Shown here: positions 29,479 through 44,162 of the stretch, piece by piece
Layout of the letters: each line of letters begins with the position of its first letter
Numbering within the stretch: the first letter of the stretch is position 1
Assembly (NCBI RefSeq): GCF_009914755.1
Contig: NC_060938.1
Reading direction: 5' to 3' (one strand)
Length of the DNA: 64,000 nucleotides
DNA from: the human T2T-CHM13v2.0 reference genome, Homo sapiens
Notes under the pieces: model-generated
Seen by the model: only the letters and a program-made list of their open reading frames with translations
The model's database searches: none
What the model was told of the DNA's origin: nothing
Position numbers and translations under genes: made by a program

Positions 29479-29812
29479 TAGTCATGCACCACATAATGAT
29501 GTTTGTGTCAACCGCAAACCACATATACAATGGTGGTCTTAGAATATTGTAATACCCTATTTTAATTGTACCTTTTATATACTTAGATACACAAATATTT
29601 ACCATGTGTTACAATTGTCTATAGTATTCAGTGCAGTAATGTGCTGTACAGTTATAGCCTAGGAGCAATAGGCTATACCATACAGCCTAGGTGTGTGGTA
29701 GGCTATGCCATCTAGGCTTGTGTAAGTACACTCTATGGCATTCACACAACAAAAAACTGCCTAACAATACATTTCTCAGAATGTATCCTTGTTGTTAAGA
29801 GATGCATTACTG
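29479..29812 (+). mobile_element. Tigger3a (MER7A) DNA transposon
   Basis: Termini tagtcatgcacc... and ...gatgcattactg; internal gcctaggagcaataggctatacca. Confidence 0.9.
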
Positions 29813-29885
29813 AGCAAAGGAATATGTCATAATAGACATAAGTCTCATTCTGTTAGACTTGAAGCAATGTATAAATGCCATATGA

Positions 29886-30150
29886 GGCTGGGTGCAGTGG
29901 CTCACACCTTTAATTCCAGCTCTTTGGGAGGTTGAGGTAAGAGGATCACTTGAGTCCAAAAGTTTGAGACCATCCTGGAAAACATAGGGAGAGCCCATCC
30001 CTACTTTAAAAAATAAAAATAATTAGGCAGGCATGTTGGCATGTGTCTATAGTCCCAGCAACTTGGAGGCTAAGGTGGGAGGATCACTTAAGCCCAGGAG
30101 TGATCCTATGATTTTGCCACTGCACTCCAGCCTGGGTGACAGAGCGAGAA
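29886..30150 (+). mobile_element. AluJ
   Basis: J-type motifs (ggatcacttgagtcc, ggaggatcacttaagccc). Confidence 0.9.
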
Positions 30151-30228
30151 GAAAGAAAGAGAGAAAGAGAGAAAGGGAAAGAAAAGAAAGAAAAGAAAGG
30201 AAAGAAAGAAAGAGAAAATAAAGAAAAA
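30148..30228. repeat. GA-rich (GAAA)n tract derived from the Alu tail
   Basis: Directly visible. Confidence 0.9.
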
Positions 30229-31128
30229 CAAAACCAACTAAATGTCTTATGAATGGAAAAATCACAGAAATGCAAGAAGGCCTATAGAAAGACATACCAA
30301 CTTGTATACGGAATGGCTGGAAAGGCATCATGAAGGGAAACACTGTATGCTTGAAACTTGGAACACGGGTTGTATTTTAATAAAGAAATATGTTCAAGAG
30401 AAGAAAAATAGTCAAACCTACATGATATAATTCAATGTTAGCAGCAAATCCGAAGTGGTACTTGAGGAAAGTCTATGACATCTAAGTTGACCAGCAGAGT
30501 TGACATAGGAGAATACTGGAAATAAAACTGCACATGGTGATGAAATACAGAAAGTAGAGGAGTCATGCAAAAAAAACCAGACACACCACACAAATCAGAA
30601 ATTCAGCTCCTCAATAATGCAGAATTTATTATTACTACATCACTAAGTTACTTATAGCTGACCTAGTTTCAAAGTCCTGAGCATTAATTCATATATATTC
30701 ACCCTTATTTCTAAATTGATTTGAAAAGCATTCACAGAAAAGCATAAGACTTTGTTTAAGGTGAAAATAGCTTACTGAGTAAAGCTGGGCAAAGCTAGCT
30801 CTTTATTGCATAAGCAGTTACAGTCACCCGAACCTTTCAAGCATCTATCTTTCCTATCCCCTAAACTGTGGTCTTCCTCATATGTGCAAAAACCTGTGTT
30901 TCATGTTTGGGTTCTGTTCAGGTGACTAATATTAACAGCATTGGTCCTCTAGTCCTTGAGTCATTAATACTACTTGAGACATTCAAATGGGCTATCTGAT
31001 AGGTATTTGGATATAAGCGTCTAAAGTTCAAGACATAAATTTGAGCTCACAAGCATACGGAGCCTTTACTTCATTCAGACTCCACTCAGTTGTCACCTCT
31101 CCAAGAGGCCCATTGAAAACAACACCTA

Positions 31129-31767
31129 AAGATGGCCGAATAGGGAACAGCTCTGGTCTACAGTTCCCAGCGAGATTGACGCAGAAGATGGGTGATTTCT
31201 GCATTTCCAACTGAGGTACCTGGTTCATCTCATTGGGACTGGTTGGACAGTAGGTGCAGCCCATGGAGGGCAAGCCAAAGCAGGGTGGGGCATCACCTCA
31301 CCCGGGGAGCAAGGGGCTGGGGGATTTCCCTTTCCTAGCCAAGGGAAGCCATGAGTGACTGTCCATCAATAATAGACTGGATGAAGAAAATGTGGCATAT
31401 ATACACCATGGAATACTAAGCAGCCACAAAAAAGGATGAGTTCATGTCCTTTGCAGGCACATGGATGAAGCTGGAAACCATCATTCTCAGCAAAATATCA
31501 CAGGGACAGAAAACCAAACACTGCATGTTCTCACTCATAAGTGGGAGCTGAACAACGAGAACACATGAACACAGGGAGGGGAACACCACACATCAGAGCC
31601 TGCCGGATGTGTGGACAAGGAGAGGGATAGTGTTAGGAGAAATACCTAATGTAAATGATGAGTGGAAGGGTGCAGCAAACCAACATGGCACATGTATACC
31701 TATGTAACAAACCTGCACGTTGTGCATGTGTACCCTAGAACTTAAAGTATAATAATAATTTAAAAAA
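31129..31767 (+). mobile_element. Internally deleted L1PA (5'UTR start fused to 3' end)
   Basis: aagatggccgaatagg 5'UTR start; junction at 31360-31362; then ORF2 end and 3'UTR to cttaaagtataat. Confidence 0.9.
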
Positions 31768-34700
31768 TTACTCAAATATCCTTTCATTCATCCAACAAGA
31801 ATTTATAGAGCACCTATTCTACGGCAGACACTTAACTAGGCTCTGAGGATACAGAAGGGAGTAGAAAGGAACAGTGTCTAATTTTCTAATGAAGTTCTCA
31901 AATAAGTTGTGTCATTTAATTACACATATGCATTTCTGAAATCCCTAGATTATATTATTGCTACTACATTTTAATAGTGTTTTAATACTTTTGCCAGCAT
32001 TTTATCAAATGCAGTTCTCTCCAGAATAATTCTGTTCTCCTGAGATAAAGCAAAGAACTGCTAGTTTCTGGCATGTTCAGTTATTTCAAGCATTTTATTT
32101 GTTTTCTCACTGCTAAGAACTTTTACTAATTCTCCCAACCTGTTATAATTAAAGCAATAAATCTCTGGATGGCATCTTTGAAAGTGAGCGCTTCATCAAA
32201 TAAATAATTTCTATCCCCAATTCCTACCCATCACTCACTCACTGTATATTCTTGAGCAAGGGAATCCTCAATTCTTCATCTATAAAACAAATGTTCTGGG
32301 AGGAATAACAAACGTGGCACAGTACCTTACATAAATAAATGTTATCCAAAAATAAATAACTAGATAAATAGGTAGATAGATAGATACATAGATAGACGGA
32401 ACTCCTGACTCAATATAGAGAATGAAGGTGAGTTAGGCAATAACCTTAAAAAATTCACAGGACTGAAACAAGCTCTCTGGCCTTTCTCTTTTTTTTCTTC
32501 AGTAAAATAATTAAAGATAATACATTCCAAGCATATTCCAAAGAAAGATAATCTTCCAATTTAGTAACCCTTCTAAGGGAAGAAAGTGCCTACCTAGTTT
32601 ATGATTGCATGAAGTACAAACACAGAAACAAATTATACCAAGAAACCTGATTGCCATTTGACACTGCATACCCTTAACAAATAAAGATATATAATTTTGA
32701 TTATATGTTGATATGCTGTTAATGTTGAATGAAAGTTAATGTTAATGTTAATACTGAATGAAAGTTAATGTTCCATATGATTTTGAAAATTCTATCTATC
32801 ACCAAGGTCACAGTTTCTTGTGATCAGTTTTATTTGCATTTAACATAAAATATACCTGATAATAAAATATCAAGAGAGAATCCTTACCAAAAATATTCAT
32901 CATGTAATTAACAAATGCCTGCTATGTACCGGCACTATCCTAGACACTGGGGATTTATCAAGGAAGAAATGTACCAATGGCTCATAGATGCTAGCCAGAT
33001 GCCCAAAGGACAGCTATGTAATAGGTGACAAATGTAAAACAAGTGAGAAGAAAAACTCCTTTAAAGTAGTATAATTTTCACTGATGTGGCAGAGGTACAA
33101 CTACTCTGAAACTCAAGGGAGAGCAACAACAGTCTAGTTAGAGTAATAATCAGGAATGGAGTGGCTTTTTTGTTTGTTTTTTCAGAACCACCATGAATGG
33201 TGACAGCCTCTGTCCAATTCAGTAGCAAAAACCAAAAACACAGGTGAAATATTTGGTTAGATACCTGTTTTCCTTCCTCCCATCCACCTCCTGCCTCATG
33301 CATGCACGCATGCACTATGTCACTATTGCAGGCCACCTTCTATGCCTCTGCCTTCTTCATCTTCATATTACAAATAAACCTTTTCCTTCGAGTCTATTTC
33401 AGCACCTCCTCTTCTGTGAGGACTTTTCTGGTGGCTCTAACTGAATAGGACCATGCTCTCCTATGACTCTCTAAGGCAGGGTCTCTCATAATCCACCTTT
33501 ACTACTGGATGGTAAATTTTTGGGGTTTTTTTTTTTTCGTTTAAATCCCTTTCTAGATTGTTTTGTTTGCCATATTTGCGGTGAATTTCTAAACAATGCA
33601 CGTATTATTCCTCTTTTATCACTCACAGAAAATATACGCTGCTTTAAAAGTAGGTACTTGAAACAAATTCATGGAATTCAATTCAGAAATAGAATTTATA
33701 TGTAGCTAACTATTCCAAATACATATGCATATGAAACACACCAAAATAATCTAATCTAAATATTTTATTACAACTTCTAAAAATTTTCCCTACTCACCTC
33801 TTAAAATTTCTGAGTTTCATCAAAAGTTTAAAGGCCCACTAATGCTGATGAATACGTCACACAGTTCATTGCCTTGGTATTAATTGTAGTGACTCCACTT
33901 TGGCATAAATTAAGATTTACTAACTTTCATCAAGCCTTATGTCCTCTCAATACATGAAGGATTTTTTATCACATACTTCTTTGAGATTCCACACTTTCCA
34001 AATGTTTTTCCTACAAACAGTTCTTCAACATATTAATTTCCTTCATTTTAGCACCCATGTATGTACATCCAACCATTCCTTCTTTCATTTCCAAACACAT
34101 CAATGTACTGAGTGTAACACCTTGCTTGACAAGCATGCAGGAGATATGGGGTAAGTAACCGTTAACTGGATTTTCCATTTTCTTTAAAGAACTCAAGTTT
34201 TCCAAATATATTAGCCAAATGGTTGAGGAAGTTTCTCTTTGTATCAAGAACAATATTCTGTGCCTTTTTCCACTAAATGTGAAATCATTTCATGGCCACC
34301 CATACAAAAAAAAAAAAAAAACAGCATTACACATCATCTCTTTCAGAAGTTTGTTTTGCAGTTTCCATGTTGACAGATCTCACAATAAAAGTCTTACACA
34401 AATTACCTTCTTTTCAGTGCCAAGAATGACATAATGCTACAAGATCTAGCCTCCTCTCACATACTAACTTGTGGAGAAGGTAGATGATCAAGGCTGAGGC
34501 ATCTTTTCAGGTACACACTGGCTTCAGTGTGCCAAAATGCAGTAACTTTAGACATAGTACCTTCAGAAGTGGACCCATCAGACTGAGATGTTATACACTG
34601 TCCTGTTGGTACTTTAAAACTGATTATTAGAATGAATAAGAATAAATATGAATAGTCACTCATCAAAAGGGAGGTCACTAAAATTCTAGATGGCTTCATG

Positions 34701-35739
34701 CACTGCTTACAAATAAGAATCTGTCAACATTTCCACCAAACACATCTATTTCTAAAATGTTACAGGCATCAAACTTATGTTGGAATTGAAATACCATTAA
34801 ATATATCCATCAAAGCCTATTTCTTCATAAAGTTAAATTCCATTCAGCTCTATGAATTTGAAACCCTTAGAATGCCAAATGCATTTCAATAACATATCTA
34901 TTGACTTTCTTCTGAAATGGCTAGTAATGGACCTTTCCTAGGATACAATTCAAACTTTTCTAAATGAATCAGTAAGACAAAATGGACAGATTAGTAAATT
35001 TTCATTTTATTAATAATACTCTGACAGATTAGTATATTTTCATTTTCTAGTAGAGATGGTAGAAAGGTAAAATTTCATTACAACAAAAATTTTAAAGATC
35101 AGATTTCCAAATATTTAATACATATAAGAGTAGTTTATTACCAACAAAACCAAATTTTCTTGTTGAAAATTTAAAAATAAAGATGTTAATAACCAAAGTT
35201 ATTCTTTCTAAAATAATTAGAATATTATTTATTTCTAAAATAAAAAGTTATTTATAATAGAAAGAGGTTTTTTTTTGGTTTTCAAATCTTTTTAGTGGCA
35301 TGTGGCATTCTTTTTGTCTTCACTCACATATTTGGGCCAAAGCTCTTCCTACCTTATTTCCACTTGTTAAACGTATGGAATCTTGCTCTTAATTAAAGTC
35401 AGAAAAAATAAGTAAATCATACCAGTCACAAAAGTTATAATAAGCATATGTAATGAAAAAACATATATAAACACTTTCAACTTTAATATTAAAAGATGAG
35501 AAACACCTTGCTGACATCATTTTCTTTAGCAGTGGTTCTTAGTGTCTTCCATAATATCGCTAGCCTTATGAATGTCGGTTTCTAGGTTTCAGGTCAGAAC
35601 ACACAGACTCCTGGGCTCCAGTGCTAGTTCTAATTTTCAGTTCTAAGTGTGCTCCTAGATATGACTCTACACTAACACATTACAATCTCCTCGGCAATTA
35701 CTGAAAACTGCCTGTGAGGCTATATTTAATTTCTGAATG

Positions 35740-36660
35740 CATTCACCAGGCAGCTAGTGAGTGCTCTGTATGTACCAACCACTGCTTCTGAGACTTAGAT
35801 TTAAAAGAAATACCTGCATATCTTTGACCTCATGGAACCCAGAATCTATGAGAGAAGAGAATCACTATGCAAACATGTTGCATGAATATTTATACATAGT
35901 CACACCACCTGCTACAAAAGAAAAATTCAGTGAGAAATGGGAGTATATAATTAGGGAAGGTTTCTCTGAGGAAGTGATGTTAAAGTTGAGACATTCAAGA
36001 TAAGCAAGAGTGAGCCAAGTGAAGTGGATGGGAGGTGGAGGAAAAGTGGTTCAGTCAGGAATAATGAGAGTATACACCAAGGAGGTGGGAGGAGGCGGGG
36101 GAGTATAAGGAACTGAAAGGCAACTGTCAAAGCCAGGGATGGCGAAAGAAGTGAGATGGGTAGATCAGCAAAATCACGCAGAGCCTTCCTTGCAATGATT
36201 GTCCATGTCCTGAATTGTGACTTTGTTCTAGATGCAAGGGGAAGTATACCATCCTCAGTTGGAAGCCAGAAGCCAAAGGAGTTCCAGGGTTGTATTCTGT
36301 ATCCTCTTGGAGTACAGAGTAAAGAAAGGCAGATAATGGATGGGGACATATGGAGAATATTCTAGTGGATATCATTGAAATGTTTTACACTGCAGCATGA
36401 TTTAATGAGACCTACATTTGTACAAAATTATCTGTCTGCTAAGTAAAGAATGGATGAGGAGACTTGTAGTATAGCAAAACTGACAACGTCTATCTAGGAC
36501 CATGGGGTTAACAGTGGAGATGGAGAGAAATAAACAGATTTTAGATATATTTTGAAAACACAATGGACAAAACTTGGATTACATGGTGGAGAGAGGATGG
36601 AGAGACAGTAGTATTGAGAATGGTTTCTCAGTTTCTGAAACAAGCCAGAACAATACTGAA
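35740..36660 (-). mobile_element. LINE-2 fragment
   Basis: agggaaggtttctctgaggaagtgatgttaaagttgagac and other L2 antisense motifs. Confidence 0.75.
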
Positions 36661-36916
36661 TCACCCCTGGACTGTGTGCTATGTGATCAGAAGAAGCACA
36701 GAAGCAAGCTTTATTGAGCTTCAAACTTGATTTTCTCACAAGATCTTTACTAAAAGCAATTTAAACTAAGATGTCCTATTTAATTTCTAGACATATGATG
36801 TCAAAACATGTACGTTTAAATAACAGTCTATATTTAAATTCCAAGCCCCAAAGAAAAACTGGTAACTTTGAGAACTGGATACTCTCTAGCTCAACACCAT
36901 GTTTATAAGAACAAAT

Positions 36917-37207
36917 AGCCGGGCGCTGTGGCTCACGCCTGTAATCCCAACACTTTGGGAGGCTGAGGCAGGCAGATCACAAGGTCAGGGGTTCGAGACC
37001 AGCCTGGCCAGCATCTCTACTAAAATACCAAAAATTATCTGGGCATGGTGGCGGACACCTGTAATCTCAGCTACTCAAGAAGCTGAGGCAGGAGACTCGC
37101 TTGAACCCGGGAGGCAGAGGTTGCAGTGAGCCAAGATCATGCCACTGCACCCCAGCCTGGGCGACAGAGTGAGACTCCATCTCAAAAACAAACAAACAAA
37201 CAAAAAA
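36917..37207 (+). mobile_element. AluS with small left-arm deletion and (AAAC)n tail
   Basis: Alu arms directly visible. Confidence 0.95.
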
Positions 37208-37299
37208 CGTTCATTTATACTGTATTTAATGGATTTTTCTCCCCACCCTGACTGCTCACTTTCATATAAGCCCCATCATCTCTTAATTAAATTCCTATA

Positions 37300-37990
37300 A
37301 GAAGCCCCTAGCCGCCCTCCCTGTTCCCACTCTCACCGCCACTCTAGTTTCTATTCAGCAGCCAAGAGTGATCCTTTACAAACCTGAATCAGGTTTCATC
37401 ACTCCTCTCAAAATCCTAAACCAGCTGAAGTCTCATTCGGAGGGAAAGGTGGAGTCCTGAAGTGTCCCGCGAGGCCCTTGGGAGCAATCTGACTTTCACC
37501 TCTCTTATCTCATCTCCCCACTCACTCCATACCAGCCTGGCAGCCTCGCTGCTGTCCTGCAAGCACTTTAGGACTTTTGCACTGACTGTTCTTTCTGCCT
37601 AAGGCACACTCTCCACCGACATGTCCACACGGCTGCTCCTTCACCTCATTTGAGTCTTTACTCAAATGTCACGTTCTCAAGGAAGCCAGCCCTGACCACC
37701 CTATGTAACACTGTAACCTGCTCCCCAACTCTACCCTGCCCTATGCACAGCAGTACCAGTTTTCCTTAACCATACTTTTTACTTTTATAGATAGCACTAA
37801 TTATATTTAACTTTCTTACTCACTATGCTTACTTTTCATTGTTTATCTCTATCCACTAGAATGTAGCTTCAAGAGAGCAGGGATTTTGTCTGTTTTGTTT
37901 ACAGATACATCTATGTGCCTAGAATACCATCTACTTTACAATAGGAGCGCAATATATATTTGTAGAACAAATGAGTGAATAAATAAATTA
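37300..37990 (+). mobile_element. LINE-2 (L2a-like) 3' region
   Basis: cagcagccaagagtgatccttt...ccactagaatgtagcttc...gaacaaatgagtgaataaat. Confidence 0.85.
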
Positions 37991-40900
37991 AGGACTAAGT
38001 ATTATCCAAGTGAATCATGCCCCAAACCCTGTAAGGTAATATTTAAACAATTATCAACATTATTTAGATGAGAAAAGAGAACTAATGAAAATTTAGGAGG
38101 TTTTCCTATGTAATTAATATATGACACCAGAGCTTAAATCCAGATTTACTGACTCTTAACTTCAGAAAATCTGTTTTCCATTAACGTTTCCCAATTATAA
38201 GGTTTTTAAGGTTTCTACAGGCATGTGTGTGTACACACACACACACACACACACCCATCAAGACTATTAGCTTAAATGAAGGTTTATTTTTCCTTTGAAC
38301 AGGTAATATTTGCTTAGGTGATAGGAGAGGAAATGGACTTCAGTGGTTTTGCTCTCCCTGATAATCAGTAAATCATCAGAAAAATAAAGACAGAGGACTG
38401 ATTTCTGCCTGCATCGGCAAAAAAATCTTAGATTGTAAAGCTGGGCAAACACAATTCAAAACAAACAAGATATGTGGCAACCAAGTAAACGTATCTGTCA
38501 TTAAGATGGCCAGGCCTTATTTACACAAAATGGTTGTAAAAGGCTGAGCTTCAAGATGTTACAATTTATTATGAGAATTAAACAGTTAAAAAAAAAAAAA
38601 AAAAAACAGGGAGAGAGCAGGAACCTCCTTGCCTTCTGTCACCATAACCGACATGCAAATGAATCTCGTCAGAGCCTTGGAAGAAAATAAACTATAATGT
38701 TTAGCAGAAGAATAGGGGGTAGGTGGGTAGAAAGGATATGGGACACAAAGTATGAGTGACAATGAGAGTATTATCCAATAATGTAAGTGCATGTTCTCTA
38801 AATATTTTTCCTTTCAAAAGTAAAAAACTGCTTTCTTGTATTTATCTAATAATAAAAAATTTATAATTTTTTCATATTTTATAAAAAATGAAAATATCTA
38901 TGATCCTACTAGCCAGATAAAACCACTTACAATTTTAGATAATAAGAGTATCTTTCTAGATTTCTATGTATCTATACAAATTTTTAATTGACTCATTTTA
39001 TAAGTCTATTTTATAAGCTTATTTTACTCAACCATATATCGTGGACATCTTTCATGTAAATAAAAATATATTTCCACATCCACATTTTAATCTGCAAAAT
39101 CTTAATTATATAGATATAACAAATTTCATTTGTTATACTACTTCCTTATTGTAATACTACTGTATACTATTTCCTTATTGTAAGATATTTGAGTTGTTTG
39201 CTATTTGTTTCCTTTTATAAACAACTATACAATGGGTATTACCGCACAAATAATCAGATATTCCTGCACATATAATAACACATGCCAAACACAGACAATC
39301 CTAGACACTGCACTGCAATGATCTGTTTTGTAGAACTGTGATCCAGTGGAAAAGCAAGTGTTTTGGAGCAAACAGACCTTCATCATTTACTAACTATGCA
39401 GCCCTGTTATGAAATTCTTTATGAAATTATTTGTGTCACAGTTTCCTAATCTGTAGAATGAGAAAAATTCCAAACTCACGGAATTTTTATAAAGATAAAA
39501 GGATAATAAAAGATAAAAGGAAAACAGGTAAAGTGCTGGGTACTTGGTAGGTGCCTAGTTATTTTTTAAAGCTATGATGTAGAGGTGCATCTATGAAAGA
39601 CTGACTTACTCACTTGGCAGAAACTGGTTGCTTCCATACAATCTCATAGTATTTTGAAAACTTTTCTTTTCAAAAGAAAGTTCTTTTCTTCAATGGTACT
39701 CAATAGTTTTTGATAAAAGATAAAACTCAGAATATTAATGTCCAAGAAATAGGAGTTAACATTTTCTTACCTATTGTGGTGCTTTCTTGAAAACAACCTT
39801 GTTATACAGCTATCTATGTTTCTTAAAATATAAAGAAAATGTTATATATTATCCCTTTAAATTTAAAATAAGTTAAAAATTAAAAACAACGCATCCTAAA
39901 AATTACAAATTGTTTAATTTCACAAATTTAGAAATTTTTTGAATTTAGAAGTTTGAACTTGGAAGTTTTGAATTTAGAAGAATTTTTATACTGTTTTTGC
40001 TTTCGAAGTCAGTGGTATATCCCTCTTTTCAATTCCAGATTTTGCAGTTCTACATTTATGTGTATTTTTGCACATTAAGACAAGAAAATAAGAGATTCTA
40101 TGTATGTTTCTGATGGTCATTAAATATGATAATCATCTAAGCTTGAGTTAGCAAAAGAGTATACTTTTTAAAAAGAATACTTTTTTTAAAGAATTTTAAA
40201 ATTTTCAGTACATTTTAGCCAATATGTCTAAGAAAGCAGTCAGTAGAATGGTAAGTAAGTTCTTCAGGGAAGGGTATAGTATTTTTTTCTCTATGTACAT
40301 CAACAGGTCCGTAAGTGCCTGGGGAAATAAAGATACATTACAAAACGTTTATGGAATAAATAAATTCCAACATTATTCAAATATTTGTGCTTTTGATGAA
40401 TATTACATATCATTACATATGACACTGTGTCACTTTACTTAGCTATTAGACTTCTCAACTTAAAGCAAATCATCAGGTCATTTTTATTGTCTTCAAACAC
40501 CACTAGATTGATAATTCTGACCAAAACAGAAGCCACTGTTACTGCTGTTCTTGTTGGTGTTGTTTTTAATTGAGCTGGTTGCGAATTTGACTAAATTGAC
40601 TTCAATCCTGTCCAAATGATTACATCAGCTGTGTCCACAGATACAAACTGCCTGAGCCTTCCTTTGATTTTTAAGTACACATTTTAAAATATTTCTTTAT
40701 AAGCAAAAAGAAAGTGAGAGAAACTTTAAAAAACCATTTAATATTAAAGACTCCTATCTGGATGCTATTTTAGAATACAGAAGGCAGAGAATTTCTCTAT
40801 GGGCTGGCAAATTTTAATACTCATCCAGAAGGTTGATTTATAATATCTTGATCACTGAAGTTTAATTGATTAATATTTATAAAATATTCAAAATGCAAAT

Positions 40901-41232
40901 TCTCATTTATGATTCAAATATGAAAATATTTATATCAAGATTAGCATTTGCTATTTTGAGTTCAATCCACAATTCACTAAGAATCAATACAAGCACACAC
41001 CAATAGAATAATAGAGTTTACATCAAATAAATACAGTATTTTAACTACATCACATTTAGTTACATTTATAAATAAGGTTAAACCATTTTTTCATAACAAA
41101 TTTCATGAAATCATTCATGATTTATTGTATAAATTAATTTACTGGTTTTCAAACCTTGTCAAAAAAACACATAATCTATTTTGTACAATACACCTTATAC
41201 ATTGGGAGGTTGTTCATATAAAGTAAGAATTT

Positions 41233-41527
<295 letters not shown>

Positions 41528-41653
41528 TAAAGTAAGAATTTACCATTTAGGATTTTGCCCATATAGACCTTAAATTACAACCTCAGTAATGTTATTAATG
41601 AATGTGTCATCATAACTAGCATGGACTGACTGCTTAGTATGTGCAAAGCACTA

Positions 41654-42023
41654 TGATATGGTTTGGCTGTGTCCCCACTCAAATCTCATCTCAAACTGTA
41701 ATCCGAATTGTAATCCCCATGTGTTGGGAGAGGGACCTGGTGGGAGGTAATTGGATCATGGGGGCGGTTTCCTCCATGCTGCTCTTGTGATAATGAGTTC
41801 TCATGAGATCTGATGGTTTTATAAATGGCAGTTTCTCCTGAGCTTGAGCTCTCTTTCCTGCCATCTTGTGAAGAAGGTGCTTGCTTCTCCTTCACCTTCC
41901 AGTATTACTGTAAGTTTCCTGAGGCCTCCGCAGCCATGCAGAACTGTGAGTCAATTAAACCTTTTTCCTTTATAAATTGCCCAGTCTTGGGTATTTATAG
42001 CAGTGTGAAAATGGACTAATATG
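41654..42023 (+). mobile_element. THE1D-like MaLR solo LTR inserted in a minus-strand MIR
   Basis: tgatatggtttggctgtgtcccc...gaaaatggactaat; MIR resumes at about 42025-42190. Confidence 0.9.
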
Positions 42024-42305
42024 TAAGTGTTCCATAGATGTTACTGACTCCCATAACAATCCTAAATGTCTACTGCACAGACGTTTATTATCCTTACTTC
42101 ACAGAAAAGGAAACTGAGATCTGAAGTAAATTACCCAAGGTTAGTCAGAAAGCAAGTGGCACAATCAGACTTCAAACCAGGCTCCTCCTCCTAACCATTC
42201 CCTTATAGAGTGCATAATGAGACCAAGTGTTCATTTAAATCTCTTGGCTTTGATAATGAAAAAAGAAAAATCTTGACAACAGAGCAGTTTAAAAGGTAAA
42301 GCATA

Positions 42306-43451
42306 TCACTAAGTCCCCAAAAGCAACTGCAACAAAAATGAAAACTGACAAGTGAAACCTAATTAAACTAAAAAGCTTCTGCAGAGTAAAATAAATTACC
42401 AACAGAGTAAACAGACAGCCTACAGAATGGGAGAAAATATTTACAAACTATGCATCTGACAAAGGTCAAATATCCAGAATCAAAAAAGGACTTAAATCAA
42501 CAAGCAAAAAAACAAACAATCCAATTTAAAAATGGGCAAAAAACATGAAATACAATTCTCTAAACAAGACATACAAGCAACAACAAACATAAGAAAAAAT
42601 GCTCCACATCACTAATCATCAGAGAAATGCAAATCAAAACCACAATGAGATACCATCTCACACCAGTCAGTTGGCTAAAATAACAACTTTAGAAAGTCAA
42701 AAAATAACAAAACCTGGTGAGGCTGTGGAGAAAAAGGAACGCTTATACACTGTTGGTGGGAAATGCAAACTAATTCAGCCACTGTGGAAAGCAATTTGGA
42801 GATTTCTCGAAGAACTTAAAAAGCTACCATTTGACCCAGCAATCCTCCTACTGGGTATATGCCCAAAAGAAAATAATTCATTCTATCAAAAAGACAAACG
42901 CACTTACTTGTTCACTGCAGTGCTATTCACAATAGCAAAGACATGAAATCTACCTATGTGCCCTTCAACAGTGAACTGGATAAAGAAAATGTGGTACATT
43001 TACACCATGGAATATTACACAGCCATAAAAAAGAATGGAATCATGTCCTTTGCAGCAACATGGATGGAGTTAGAGGTAATTATCCTAGGCAAATTAATGC
43101 AAGAACAGAAAACCAAATACCACGTGTTCTCACATATAAATGGGAGCTAAGCATTAAACACACATAGACAAAAAGATGGGAACAATGGACACTGGGACTA
43201 CCAGACAAATTAGAAGGGAGTGGAAAAGAGGCTGAAAAACCACCTACTGAGTACTATGCTCACTACCTGGGTGATGGGATCATCTGTACCCTAAACCTCA
43301 GCATCATGCAATATACGCATTTAACGAACCTGCACATGTACTCCTTAATCTACTATTACTTTATCAATAGTAATCAATAGTACAACAGCAACAACAATAG
43401 TAGAAAATGTCAAACTTTGTCAAAAGCTGAAATTATAAAAAATAAAAATAA
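42306..43451 (+). mobile_element. L1PB-like 5'-truncated LINE-1
   Basis: ORF2 C-terminus (KMWYIYTMEYYTAIKK); TSD-like aaaaggtaaagcata / aaaagatacagcata. Confidence 0.9.
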
Positions 43452-43850
43452 AAAAGATACAGCATAGTTCATTAATTTTTGAGTCTTCAAATCTAAATTT
43501 ATACTTTAATCAACTTACATTTGCATCTATATCAACAGTAATCAATAGTACAACAGCAACAGCAATAGTAGAAAATGTCATACTTTGTCAGTCAATAATA
43601 TTACCTTCTTTTTATCACTATGCTGGGCCCTTTTCAAAAATACTCACTCAAGCCGTATTTATTTTGATCCTTACAACAAACTCTGATGTTAGGAAAAACA
43701 GGTATCGCCATCCCTGTTTAACAAGATTATTAAGATGCAGAAACTTCATATCCAGAAGTTAGGAGGCTGCCAAGGATTCCAAAGCTCTTTGACTTTGTAC
43801 CTCCAAAGCTTAGAACAGAGTTTGACACATACAAACTCAATATACATCTA

Positions 43851-44162
<312 letters not shown>

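Noticed and set aside
32726-32772. Short direct duplication (also 18261-18294 and 34986-35047)
   Set aside because: Ordinary replication-slippage duplications
39771-39821. 51-nt minus-strand exon candidate ending TAG|GTAAGA
   Set aside because: Weak AAG acceptor and an unrecognisable peptide
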